Positions 38,610 to 47,671 of a DNA stretch of 64,000 nt are shown one piece after another. The notes under the pieces are model-generated. The model worked only from the letters and a program-made list of their open reading frames with translations, had not been told where the DNA came from and did not search any database. The translations under genes and the position numbers were made by a program. Numbering within the stretch: position 1 is the stretch's first letter; every line of letters begins with the position of its first letter. The DNA comes from Fibrobacterales bacterium. Its GTDB lineage: Bacteria; Fibrobacterota; Fibrobacteria; Fibrobacterales; JAOPTW01. The stretch lies in contig JAOPTW010000008.1 of NCBI GenBank assembly GCA_051532035.1, positions 149,175-213,174 on the forward strand, given 5' to 3'.

Positions 38610-39821
38610 ATGAATCTGATAAAAAGCATTTCTGCTGTCGCTCTTATCTGTAATGTTTCACTTTTTGCCGAAGAATTTACTTTTGAAGCATCAAGTGCTA
38701 ACGCAACCTCCACTACCGAAGAGACAAGTCTCGTTTCTGAAACAGCCGCGGTATCAGACCCCCTCTATACAACATCAACAAGTACATCAGGTGCACTCGG
38801 GTCACTCCCTGTACTCTATGGAACTGCATTTGCTGTTGCCATGTCTGGCAACCCCGCGGTTTCGACATCAACCGAAGACTTCATGATTTTTCCTCATTGG
38901 GCTCATGGTAAATCACTCGGTATGATAGGGCCTGATGTAGGTGGAACTCCAAAAGGAATGCTTTCAATGGACGCTCTTGGTGGAACAATGTTCGGCAGAT
39001 TTGATGGCCCAACATTTGCACTTGCATTCTCTCCAAGCTCATCCATAGGTGGAGGACTTATTTTCTCATTTAACACTCAAAACTCATTGAGAAAATCTGA
39101 GTCTGACGCTACTACAAAAGATATGGTCAATGAAACCTTCGGTGCGTTTGCTTCGATGGGTATTGGTGACATGAGCCTCTATGCAAAGGTTTTACACACT
39201 GATATTAAAGACTCTCTCCTTGAAGAGAACGAAACAGGTGGCAATAGAGATGATATTGTAATTACTCTTGGTGCACTTATCACCATGGGTAAAATAACAC
39301 TTGATGCCGGAATTGACTATACCAATCAGACTGATGAAACATTCGCTATAGACCTAGCCGATACAGAGAAAACCGTTACCACAACAGGTGAAAACGATGC
39401 ATCAATGTATAGCATTCACGGAAATTTAGGGTACACCCTTAAAAACAGAGATGACTTGAAAGTATATCTTGGGTCTAACAATACTATCATCTATCATAGT
39501 GATACAGATATTGAGGGTTCATCGAAAGACTCTTACAGCCTTTCGCTTGGTATTACTCCAAATGCAGGAATGGAATACCTTCTTTCACAATACTTCAGTG
39601 TCTTTGGAAGTGTTTCTCATAAAATCAATTATGGAAGAGACTATACGCAAGAATTAGCTGGTGAAACAAATGGTGACGAAATCACGAACTCTTCACTGAT
39701 TTCAAACCCTGCCCTAGCTCTTGCTGGTCTCCGTTTTGCTTATGGTAACTTCTCTCTTGAGTCAGTCATTACCAGTGATCTCACCAAATTGGTTTATGCC
39801 AGCGCCATTATAACATTTTAA
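38610..39821 (+). CDS. Uncharacterised outer-membrane beta-barrel, paralog 3 of 3
   Basis: Start ATG 38610 (AAGGA RBS), NVSLFA/EEF signal, LPVLYGTAFAVAMSGN, GLRFAYGNFSLES, terminal Phe. Confidence 0.75.
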   Translation: MNLIKSISAVALICNVSLFAEEFTFEASSANATSTTEETSLVSETAAVSDPLYTTSTSTSGALGSLPVLYGTAFAVAMSGNPAVSTSTEDFMIFPHWAHGKSLGMIGPDVGGTPKGMLSMDALGGTMFGRFDGPTFALAFSPSSSIGGGLIFSFNTQNSLRKSESDATTKDMVNETFGAFASMGIGDMSLYAKVLHTDIKDSLLEENETGGNRDDIVITLGALITMGKITLDAGIDYTNQTDETFAIDLADTEKTVTTTGENDASMYSIHGNLGYTLKNRDDLKVYLGSNNTIIYHSDTDIEGSSKDSYSLSLGITPNAGMEYLLSQYFSVFGSVSHKINYGRDYTQELAGETNGDEITNSSLISNPALALAGLRFAYGNFSLESVITSDLTKLVYASAIITF

Positions 39822-39841
39822 ATAAATCTAAACGCTTTATT

Positions 39842-39867
39842 AAGTGGTCTTCGGGCCGCTTTTTTTT
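39842..39867 (+). terminator. Intrinsic terminator with UUCG tetraloop
   Basis: AAGTGGTC-TTCG-GGCCGCTT-TTTTTT. Confidence 0.75.
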
Positions 39868-39997
39868 GTAAACAGCCCCACCAAACATTGTATTTCGAAT
39901 AATTATGGCATTACTGAAAATAAGTAACCACAGCTAAGATCTGGCCAAATTAGACTAAATTTGCTACCTTTGCGTAACTGATTTTAAAGGATGTACT

Positions 39998-40738
39998 ATG
40001 ATTGAGCAGCTCAAAATTTTGAAAGAAATCGACATCCTTGACATGGGTAAAATCAAACTTGCAAGCCAGCAAAAAGTTCTACCTAGCCAGATCAATACCC
40101 TCAAAGAAAAAGTTCTTGCAAAAAAAAGTCTCGTAGAACAAGCAAAACAGAATATTGCGACATTAGAGGCCGATATTGAAAACCTCAAAAAAGAAGTTGA
40201 GAACGAAAAACTCCTTCTTGAAAAGAGTAATATCCGTCTCAATACTATTGCAAATAACAAAGAATTTGATGCCGTTCAGAATGAGATAGCCACTCACGAA
40301 TCTAAGATTGAAAATTGGGAACTCTCTGAATTAGAAAAACTCGAAGAACTCGAAGGGCTCAACCGTGAACTCCCTGAGCATGAACGAGTCTATGTTGAAA
40401 TCTCCAAAAAGTACAAGCCAGAATTTGATAAACTGAATCAAGTCTACAGGGGCATTGCTGGTGAGGCTCAAGAAATCGACAAAAAAATAGTTGTTCTTAA
40501 AGAGAAGGCTTCTCCAAAGTTTTTAAACTATTATGAAAAATTACTCAAATCAAAATACTCATTGCTACTAGGCCACAAGCAGAGTAACATAGTGGGCGAG
40601 CTAAAAAATGGTGAAACCGCTTGTGACATATGTGGTAGTGAACTAAGAAAACCGAGACTTCAGGCCATTCGCAAAAACGACTGCATTAATTGTTGTGATG
40701 ATTGCGGATCAATCCTGATGTGGAATGAAGATAAATAA
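39998..40738 (+). CDS. Coiled-coil / C4 zinc-ribbon protein (DUF164, HP0958/CT398-like)
   Basis: Long coiled coil, NNKEFDAVQNEI, C-terminal CDIC...CDDCGSIL. Confidence 0.85.
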   Translation: MIEQLKILKEIDILDMGKIKLASQQKVLPSQINTLKEKVLAKKSLVEQAKQNIATLEADIENLKKEVENEKLLLEKSNIRLNTIANNKEFDAVQNEIATHESKIENWELSELEKLEELEGLNRELPEHERVYVEISKKYKPEFDKLNQVYRGIAGEAQEIDKKIVVLKEKASPKFLNYYEKLLKSKYSLLLGHKQSNIVGELKNGETACDICGSELRKPRLQAIRKNDCINCCDDCGSILMWNEDK

Positions 40739-40750
40739 AGAGGAAACCCA

Positions 40751-42208
40751 ATGGATACATTAAAACAGGGATTAACATTTGATGATGTACTACTTGTACC
40801 CGGTGAATCAGATATTAAACCTAATCAAACAAGTTTTAAAACGAAATTGACTTCTGAAATAGAGTTAAACATCCCTATTTTAAGTGCTGCAATGGACACT
40901 GTCACTACATCAAGCCTTGCTATTGCTTTGGCTAATGAAGGTGGCATTGGCGTCATTCACAAAAACATGACTACCCAAGAACAAGCTGCTGAAGTAAAAG
41001 CAGTTAAAATGTGGGAGAGTGGTATTGTGAGTGCCCCAATAACTCTCGCGCCAAATCAACCAGTTGCTGATGCACTCAATATTATGCGTCAACAAAACAT
41101 TTCAGGATTCCCCGTTATCGACAGCGGTAAACTTGTTGGCATTTTAACCAACCGAGATCTACGTGGATACACTATTAGTGATGAAACGTCAGTAGCCGAT
41201 CTTATGACAAAAGAACTTGTTACCGGCACTCTTGAGACGTCACTGCCTGAAGCTAAAGAGCTGATGCGTCAAAACCGCATTGAGAAACTGCCTCTTGTTG
41301 ATACAGACAACAAATTATGTGGCCTTATTACTCTGACTGATATTTCAAAACGCGAAAACAACCCTAATGCCTGTGTTGATTCAGGTGGACATTTACGTGT
41401 CGGTGCATCTGTTGGTATTGGCCCAGACTCAATTGAGAGAACTAATGCTCTTGTTGAAGCAGGTGTTGATGTGCTCGTAATCGATGTTGCTCATGGACAC
41501 AATCTCGATGTTGCAAAACGGGTAAAAGAAATTCGGTCACTCTACAAAGATCTTGCTATTGTCGCAGGAAATATTGTTACTGCATCTGCAGTTAAAGCAC
41601 TTGCAGAAGCAGGGGCTGATGTAGTAAAAGTTGGTGTTGGTCCAGGATCAATCTGTACAACACGAATTGTTGCCGGTGTGGGAGTCCCTCAGTTAACTGC
41701 CGTTATGGATTGCGCTAAAGAAGGTGCAAAATATGGCGTCACTGTTATTGCCGATGGTGGCATTAAATACTCTGGGGACATCGCAAAAGCTCTTGCGGGT
41801 GGCGCTGCTTGTGTAATGCTCGGCAGTCTTTTTGCAGGAACTGAAGAAGCTCCTGGCGAAAGAATTCTTGCTGAAGGACGCTCGTTTAAAAGTTACCGTG
41901 GAATGGGCTCAATAGCCGCTATGAAAAAAGGATCAAGTGATCGCTATTTTCAAGCTGATACTGATGAAAAAGAGTTGATTCCAGAAGGTATTGAAGGACG
42001 CATCCCCTACAAAGGCCTCCTTAAAGATACGGTACACCAACTTGTTGGTGGTCTTGGTCAAGCAATGTTTTACACTGGTTGCCAAACGATCCCAGAAATG
42101 CCAAAGAAAACTCAATTTGTACAAATTACATCTGCAAGCCTTAGAGAGTCTCACCCTCATGATGTAAAAATCACTAAAGAGGCTCCCAATTATAGAGAGA
42201 GCATGTAG
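40751..42208 (+). CDS. guaB: IMP dehydrogenase
   Basis: [21 protein letters not shown] pair, [25 protein letters not shown]. Confidence 0.97.
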   Translation: MDTLKQGLTFDDVLLVPGESDIKPNQTSFKTKLTSEIELNIPILSAAMDTVTTSSLAIALANEGGIGVIHKNMTTQEQAAEVKAVKMWESGIVSAPITLAPNQPVADALNIMRQQNISGFPVIDSGKLVGILTNRDLRGYTISDETSVADLMTKELVTGTLETSLPEAKELMRQNRIEKLPLVDTDNKLCGLITLTDISKRENNPNACVDSGGHLRVGASVGIGPDSIERTNALVEAGVDVLVIDVAHGHNLDVAKRVKEIRSLYKDLAIVAGNIVTASAVKALAEAGADVVKVGVGPGSICTTRIVAGVGVPQLTAVMDCAKEGAKYGVTVIADGGIKYSGDIAKALAGGAACVMLGSLFAGTEEAPGERILAEGRSFKSYRGMGSIAAMKKGSSDRYFQADTDEKELIPEGIEGRIPYKGLLKDTVHQLVGGLGQAMFYTGCQTIPEMPKKTQFVQITSASLRESHPHDVKITKEAPNYRESM

Positions 42209-42222
42209 AGAGAACTACAATT

Positions 42223-42270
42223 AGAAATAAAAAAATCGCCCTTTTTACAAAGGGCGATTTTTTTATTTCT
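42223..42270. terminator. Bidirectional terminator, perfect 22-bp inverted repeat
   Basis: AGAAATAAAAAAATCGCCCTTT-TTAC-AAAGGGCGATTTTTTTATTTCT. Confidence 0.85.
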
Positions 42271-42298
42271 TCTAAATATCCTATCACAAATACCGGCA

Positions 42299-43249
42299 TT
42301 AATTCAACACAGAACTTCCTTGACGTGTTCCTCGTTTTTGAAACTCTGCTATTACTCCAATCTGAACTGTATTTTTTTTCTTACACCAATCTGGCGCTAT
42401 CAAACTATCATCACCAGTTTCCCCTGTAAATCGCTGTATTCCCACATCAGCGGGAACCCATTCCAAAAAGTCTGTTACAGATTCTATATATTCTTGCTCA
42501 GTAAGAAGCTCTATAGCGCCTTCTTTAAACTCTTTAACGATAATCGTCTGTTTCACTATGTGTAATGGGTGCAGCTTCAAAGTATGATATTTCCATTGCC
42601 CTATTTTTTGTGCCGTCTCCACAAAATGAGAGCGATCCTCACCCGGTAATCCAATAATTATATGAATACAGGTTTCGACAAGACTCCCTTTAAGTAAATT
42701 CATGGCACGCTCAAATTCTGACCAAGTATCACATCGATTTATCCTTTCAAGAGTACTATCATGAGATGTCTGGAGCCCCAATTCTAGTGTAACATGTACC
42801 TTTTGAGAGAGTTCCTCACACAAAGCCACCACTTCAGGAGTTACACAATCAGGGCGAGTACCAATGGTCAAAGCACAAACATCAGGATGTGCAATTGCCT
42901 CTTCATAGAGCGCGCGTAATTTTTCAATGGGGGCATAGGTATTGGTATACGGCTGAAAATAGGCAATATACTTATCTGCTTTGTACCGATGTTTTAAAAA
43001 TTTCACCCCATTAGAGACCTGGTCGTGTACTGGAATATGGTCATTCCCATGGGCCGGGCTAAAACTTTCATTATTACAATAGGTGCAGCCACCTCTACTT
43101 TTAGACCCATCTCTATTTGGACAGGTAAATCCCGCATCAATACTTACCTTCCACACCTTTTTATACTCAGGGAAAAGTTCCGTAAGATAATCTTTATAGG
43201 GACGATAGTACTCGTTTCTCAGTAGGGCAAATTCATTTTTATGCTGCAT
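42299..43249 (-). CDS. TIGR01212 / YhcC-YtqA family radical SAM protein
   Basis: KVSIDAGFTCPNRDGSKSRGGCTYC, YFQPYTNTY, IGTRPDC, ELGLQT, KLHPLH. Confidence 0.9.
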   Translation of the reverse strand: MQHKNEFALLRNEYYRPYKDYLTELFPEYKKVWKVSIDAGFTCPNRDGSKSRGGCTYCNNESFSPAHGNDHIPVHDQVSNGVKFLKHRYKADKYIAYFQPYTNTYAPIEKLRALYEEAIAHPDVCALTIGTRPDCVTPEVVALCEELSQKVHVTLELGLQTSHDSTLERINRCDTWSEFERAMNLLKGSLVETCIHIIIGLPGEDRSHFVETAQKIGQWKYHTLKLHPLHIVKQTIIVKEFKEGAIELLTEQEYIESVTDFLEWVPADVGIQRFTGETGDDSLIAPDWCKKKNTVQIGVIAEFQKRGTRQGSSVLN

Positions 43250-43406
43250 TACATATCCTCAATAAGAGGTACAAATGTAGAAATATCAGATTAAAATTGC
43301 CTGCTCACCTATAAATTGCTACTATGACCAAAAACATTGGTACAGCTTTGAAATTGCTGTATAAATTGTGATTGAAATAGGTTACACTTTTATTACATTC
43401 TAAGAT

Positions 43407-43706
43407 ATGAAAGATTATTCGAAATTACAGCAAAATGCTTCTGAAGCATCAGAATTCCTTAAAGCGATTTCACACGAAATTCGCCTATTAGCCATCTGCA
43501 ATATTGGAGAAGGTGAATTGTCTGTCCACGAAATGGAAGAACGCTGCTGTACCAGTCAGAGCAATCTTTCTCAACATCTCGGAAAATTACGAGATCGCGG
43601 AGTTTTGGTAACCCGAAAAGAGGGAAACCAGGTTTTTTATCGTGTAAAAGACAAGAAAACACTCCAGCTTATTAAAGTTCTTATGGATAAGTTCTGCGCC
43701 AAATAA
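43407..43706 (+). CDS. ArsR/SmtB repressor, BigR/SqrR persulfide-sensing type
   Basis: RLLAIC...GELSV...QSNLSQHLGKLR...TRKEGNQVFY...KFC; Cys in helix 2 and at the end of helix 5, as in BigR/SqrR. Confidence 0.85.
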   Translation: MKDYSKLQQNASEASEFLKAISHEIRLLAICNIGEGELSVHEMEERCCTSQSNLSQHLGKLRDRGVLVTRKEGNQVFYRVKDKKTLQLIKVLMDKFCAK

Positions 43707-43801
43707 TCAAAAACTAAAAATTAAAAATAATTACTATTTTACTTTTATTTGAACGCCCTCTTTTGTACATTAGTAAATAACAATATACTGGTGATTATCT
43801 A

Positions 43802-43957
43802 ATGAAGGTTTTAATTGGCACTGTAGCTGGAATAGCTCTTGGCTTTATATACTACAAAACAATAGGGTGTTCAACAGGTACTTGCCCCATTACTTCTAAC
43901 CCATGGTCATCTATGATATATGGCGGAGTACTCGGAGCCCTCATAACGTATAAATAG
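43802..43957 (+). CDS. DUF6132-like small membrane protein (51 aa, not in ORF track)
   Basis: Hand translation: MKVLIGTVAGIALGFIYYKTIGCSTGTCPITSNPWSSMIYGGVLGALITYK*; two TM helices flanking GCxxGxCPITSxP. Confidence 0.85.
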   Translation: MKVLIGTVAGIALGFIYYKTIGCSTGTCPITSNPWSSMIYGGVLGALITYK

Positions 43958-43965
43958 GAGTTTGT

Positions 43966-44349
43966 ATGAAACGGTCCTTTAAATACTTATCACTACTTTT
44001 TGTGGTTCTTTTTACATCCCACTGCTTTGCCAGTGACCCCTCACTCAAAAATGTAACAGTAACCGAAGCAGCAGTTAACCAACACGATTCAACTATTATT
44101 TGGCTCGACATTAGAGAAACTGGTGAATTTCAATCACTCCCAAAGCTTCCTTTCGCCAAACATGTACCATTGTCCCAATTTGAAAAAAGCTTTACCGCTC
44201 TCGGTATACAAAAAGATCAAACATTCTATATTATATGTAGATCAGGAAACCGCTCGAAACGGCTTCAGCAACATCTTGTTTCACAAGGATATACTGATGC
44301 GATCAATATTCTTGGAGGGATGAAAGCCTGGAGAACCAATATAAAGTAG
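43966..44349 (+). CDS. Exported single-domain rhodanese (sulfurtransferase)
   Basis: Signal peptide; WLDIRETGEF, active-site loop CRSGNRS, NILGGMKAW. Confidence 0.9.
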   Translation: MKRSFKYLSLLFVVLFTSHCFASDPSLKNVTVTEAAVNQHDSTIIWLDIRETGEFQSLPKLPFAKHVPLSQFEKSFTALGIQKDQTFYIICRSGNRSKRLQQHLVSQGYTDAINILGGMKAWRTNIK

Positions 44350-44352
44350 GCT

Positions 44353-45060
44353 ATGGCCAAGACTCTTTTTATCACAGGTACCGACACCGAAGTCGGTAAA
44401 ACATTTGCATCTACCTATATATGTGCCATACTTCAAATGCTCGAAGAGAATGTAGGGTATTACAAACCCATACAATGTGGCCCCGCAGACGCTTGCAACC
44501 AAACCTTTGATACTGGGGACGCCGGAGTAGTGACCCATTTTCTTCGAAACCCACTCATTAAAACTCACAATAGCTATACACTCAATACACCAGCCTCTCC
44601 TCATCTCGCATTTAAAAATGAGTCAGTGCAGTTCAATCTTTCTCAAATTATATCAGATTATATTGCCCTACAAGACCAATACTCTACTCTCGTCATCGAA
44701 GGGGCTGGCGGGGTAAATGTCCCTATTACCCTTGAGCCAACCCCATTTTTTATGGCTGACCTCATAGAGAGCCTAAAGTCACCGGTTATTGTTGTTGCAC
44801 GCCCTGGCCTCGGCACCCTCAACCACACACTCCTGACCATCGAAGCTCTAACCCGAAAGAGAATTCCCATTATTGGCTTTCTCTTTTCAACACCGACTAC
44901 AGACTTCTCTGAAGGGTCAATACACCGAGACAATACACAAACGATTACTCACATAAGTGGTGCACCGTTTTTAGGATATATCCCCTATTTTAACGACACA
45001 CTCCCATCCATTAATGAGTCCAGTCCATTAGTGAAATCTCTTCGAAAATTTGTAGGCTAA
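44353..45060 (+). CDS. bioD: Dethiobiotin synthetase
   Basis: FITGTDTEVGKT, YKPIQCG, ASPH, IEGAGG, LGTLNHTLLT. Confidence 0.95.
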   Translation: MAKTLFITGTDTEVGKTFASTYICAILQMLEENVGYYKPIQCGPADACNQTFDTGDAGVVTHFLRNPLIKTHNSYTLNTPASPHLAFKNESVQFNLSQIISDYIALQDQYSTLVIEGAGGVNVPITLEPTPFFMADLIESLKSPVIVVARPGLGTLNHTLLTIEALTRKRIPIIGFLFSTPTTDFSEGSIHRDNTQTITHISGAPFLGYIPYFNDTLPSINESSPLVKSLRKFVG

Positions 45061-45063
45061 TAC

Positions 45064-46239
45064 ATGATCAATGAAAGCTGGTTTACTCAAGAACTCGAGA
45101 AAATACATGCCCTGGGAACTAATAGGCGTCTCAGAACTATAACCTCTGCCCCCGGTAGAGCTCTTACTGTAGAAGGCTCAGAATACCTCAATTTTGCATC
45201 GAACAACTACCTCTCGCTTGCCAATCACCCGTCTATAATTGCACAAACTCAGCAATCACTCACTTCCAAAGGGAGTGGTTCCACCGGATCACGCCTGCTC
45301 GGGGGGAACTTCCAAGAGCATCATACTCTTGAAGATAAAATTGCTACGCTCAAAAACAGTGAAGGGGCACTACTCTTTAACTCGGGTTACAATGCTAATA
45401 TAGGGTTATTGACTACCTTTGCTCATTCAGATACTCATATCTTTTCTGACAAGCTAAATCACGCATCTATCGTTGATGGAATACAACTTTCTGGAGCCAA
45501 ACTTCACCGCTATCGACACTGTGATATGGAGCACTTAGAGACGCTTCTAAAAAAGTACCATGGCTCAAAAATCATTATTACCGATGCCCTTTTTAGTATG
45601 GACGGCACCATTGCACCTCTTGAAACAATCTGTGAATTGGCAGAACGCTACGAAGCGATGGTTATTGTTGACGAAGCCCACTCTGATGGTATTTATGGTA
45701 TTGATGGTCATGGACTTGTTAGTGAGCTCCACCTAACGCATAAGGTCGACTTGGTTATGGGGACATTTGGAAAAGCCTATGGCTGTTTTGGTGCAGTTGT
45801 TACCGGGAAAGAAATACTCGTCGAGTACCTCATTCAAAAGTGTCGCTCATTTACCTATACCACCTCCCTCCCCCCTTTTATGATCTCTGCAATATCAGCT
45901 GCACTCGATACAGCCCAAGCTGAACCCTGGCGCCGCGAAAACCTTTTAGAAAAAAGTGCATTGGTACGAACACGCCTTATGGAAAAAGGCTTTGACCTCG
46001 GCGGAAGTGTTTCACACATAATTCCAATCATAATTGGGAGCAATGCTAGCGCCGTAGCAATGGCACAAGATCTTGAAAAAATGGGCCTTTGGATTCCCGC
46101 TATACGAGAGCCAACAGTTCCTCATGGCACTGCTCGACTCAGAATAAACATAAATGCAGATCACACCGATCAAGACATAGAACAACTTATCACTGCACTT
46201 TGCAAAACAACTTGGTACACCGAACATGGCACGAATTAA
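45064..46239 (+). CDS. bioF: 8-amino-7-oxononanoate synthase
   Basis: NFASNNYLSL, SGYNAN, DKLNHASIVDG, FSMDG, VDEAH, GTFGKAYG, PTVPHGTARLR. Confidence 0.95.
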   Translation: MINESWFTQELEKIHALGTNRRLRTITSAPGRALTVEGSEYLNFASNNYLSLANHPSIIAQTQQSLTSKGSGSTGSRLLGGNFQEHHTLEDKIATLKNSEGALLFNSGYNANIGLLTTFAHSDTHIFSDKLNHASIVDGIQLSGAKLHRYRHCDMEHLETLLKKYHGSKIIITDALFSMDGTIAPLETICELAERYEAMVIVDEAHSDGIYGIDGHGLVSELHLTHKVDLVMGTFGKAYGCFGAVVTGKEILVEYLIQKCRSFTYTTSLPPFMISAISAALDTAQAEPWRRENLLEKSALVRTRLMEKGFDLGGSVSHIIPIIIGSNASAVAMAQDLEKMGLWIPAIREPTVPHGTARLRININADHTDQDIEQLITALCKTTWYTEHGTN

Positions 46240-46891
46240 CTGGATTCCAGGCTGGGCATCATGCTTCTCTATCTGGAAAGATGAAATAGAAGCGCGATTC
46301 CCTGAACATCAGCACATTTTTTGGAAATACGATGAACTCAAAATATTTGAGAACCAAGAACTTCTCGAAAGTATCTCTGTAAAATTTAGAAATGACATAT
46401 TTATTGGTTGGTCATTAGGAAGTCAATTGATCATGGAGCAGCACGAAAGCTTTGCTCATATCCCAAAAGTAATTCTCATTGCTCCAATATTCAATTTTTG
46501 TGAAAAAGAGTTTGGTTGGACTCCCCGAGTTATTGACCGTATGATAAGAGGCCTTTCAACACAAAAATCTGCTATTTTACAACAATTTTCGCAAAACATG
46601 GGTGTAAATCCTGTTCAAAAATATTGGACTAAATACGCAGAAAGCCTATCTACTGACGATCTCATTTGGGGACTAGAAAAACTAAAAAATGGTTCTATTA
46701 ACTCAATTTCAGGACTTAAAGAGAATACTTTTGCCATCTATGGTAAAAATGACCCAATAGTTCCTCCAAAGCTTGTAGAGAAATGTACCGAAACCTTTGA
46801 TTTTATTACCTTTACCCGCTGCGATACTATGGACCACTGGCCCATGAGTATTGAGACCTGCAATAGAATTGAAGAGATCATTAATGAATAA
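46226..46891 (+). CDS. bioH: BioH-like alpha/beta hydrolase (pimeloyl-ACP methyl ester esterase)
   Basis: PGWA, GWSLG, GKNDPIVP, DHWP; sits between bioF and bioC. Confidence 0.75.
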   Translation: MARINWIPGWASCFSIWKDEIEARFPEHQHIFWKYDELKIFENQELLESISVKFRNDIFIGWSLGSQLIMEQHESFAHIPKVILIAPIFNFCEKEFGWTPRVIDRMIRGLSTQKSAILQQFSQNMGVNPVQKYWTKYAESLSTDDLIWGLEKLKNGSINSISGLKENTFAIYGKNDPIVPPKLVEKCTETFDFITFTRCDTMDHWPMSIETCNRIEEIINE

Positions 46892-47669
46892 AATTGAAAT
46901 TGGTAAACGGTTTTCTCATGCCGCACGAACCTATGGTTCAGTAGCCGCGATACAGCGAAGCATGGCCGAGAACCTTTATGATGTTGTGACCCCGCACATC
47001 CCTTCAAAAAGTTCTGTATTAGAATTTGGTGTCGGTACCGGCGGACTCAGCTCTCTCTTCTGTTCCAACGAACAGATCCACGACCTCACCATGGTAGATC
47101 TGTCGAGTTCAATGCTCAAGGAGTGTGAGAAAGTTACTCAATTCGCCCCCTTTGACACACTCTATATCAATGAAGATATCGAACAACTCTCTCTCAAGAA
47201 GAAATATGACCTAGTCATTTCAAATGCAACAGTACAGTGGCTTTCAGACTTTGAAGCACTCATTGAGAAGTTCTCAAAGGCACTCAAGCCCGGCGCATTT
47301 TTTGCTTTTACCTTCTTTGGACCTCAAAGTTTACACGAACTCTACAGCAGTTATGCTGAAACCCAAGTATCTCCTCTTTCAAATCCTGTCCACTTCTATA
47401 CTCAGGATTTTGTAGAGAGCTCTATGGTAAGTAACAATTTCAAAATAATTAAATCAGGTAATGAAACCCTTCAATCCGTTTATCCAACGGTTCGAGAGGT
47501 ATTAAAAAGTCTCAAAAAGATGGGGACTACCCCTAGACTTCACTCTGACTCTCAACTCACCAAAAGTTCACTACAAAAACTCGAAGAGCACTACCACCAA
47601 CATTTTAGTAGTAAGGACGGTGTTAAGTGTAGTTGGGAAACTATTTGGATTGTGGGCAAAAAGGTGTAA
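46884..47669 (+). CDS. bioC: Malonyl-ACP O-methyltransferase
   Basis: FSHAARTY..AAIQ, VLEFGVGTG, DLVISNATVQW, FGPQSLHEL, LKSLKKMG; start ATG 46884. Confidence 0.9.
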   Translation: MNKIEIGKRFSHAARTYGSVAAIQRSMAENLYDVVTPHIPSKSSVLEFGVGTGGLSSLFCSNEQIHDLTMVDLSSSMLKECEKVTQFAPFDTLYINEDIEQLSLKKKYDLVISNATVQWLSDFEALIEKFSKALKPGAFFAFTFFGPQSLHELYSSYAETQVSPLSNPVHFYTQDFVESSMVSNNFKIIKSGNETLQSVYPTVREVLKSLKKMGTTPRLHSDSQLTKSSLQKLEEHYHQHFSSKDGVKCSWETIWIVGKKV

Positions 47670-47671
47670 TT

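Noticed and set aside
42299..43249. Radical SAM protein as a BioB replacement
   Set aside because: Motifs are those of the widespread TIGR01212 family, and it is divergently transcribed; only proximity links it to the bio genes.
43338..43354. Sigma54-like TTGGTACAGCTTTGAAA upstream of the ArsR gene
   Set aside because: No GC at the required GG-N10-GC spacing.
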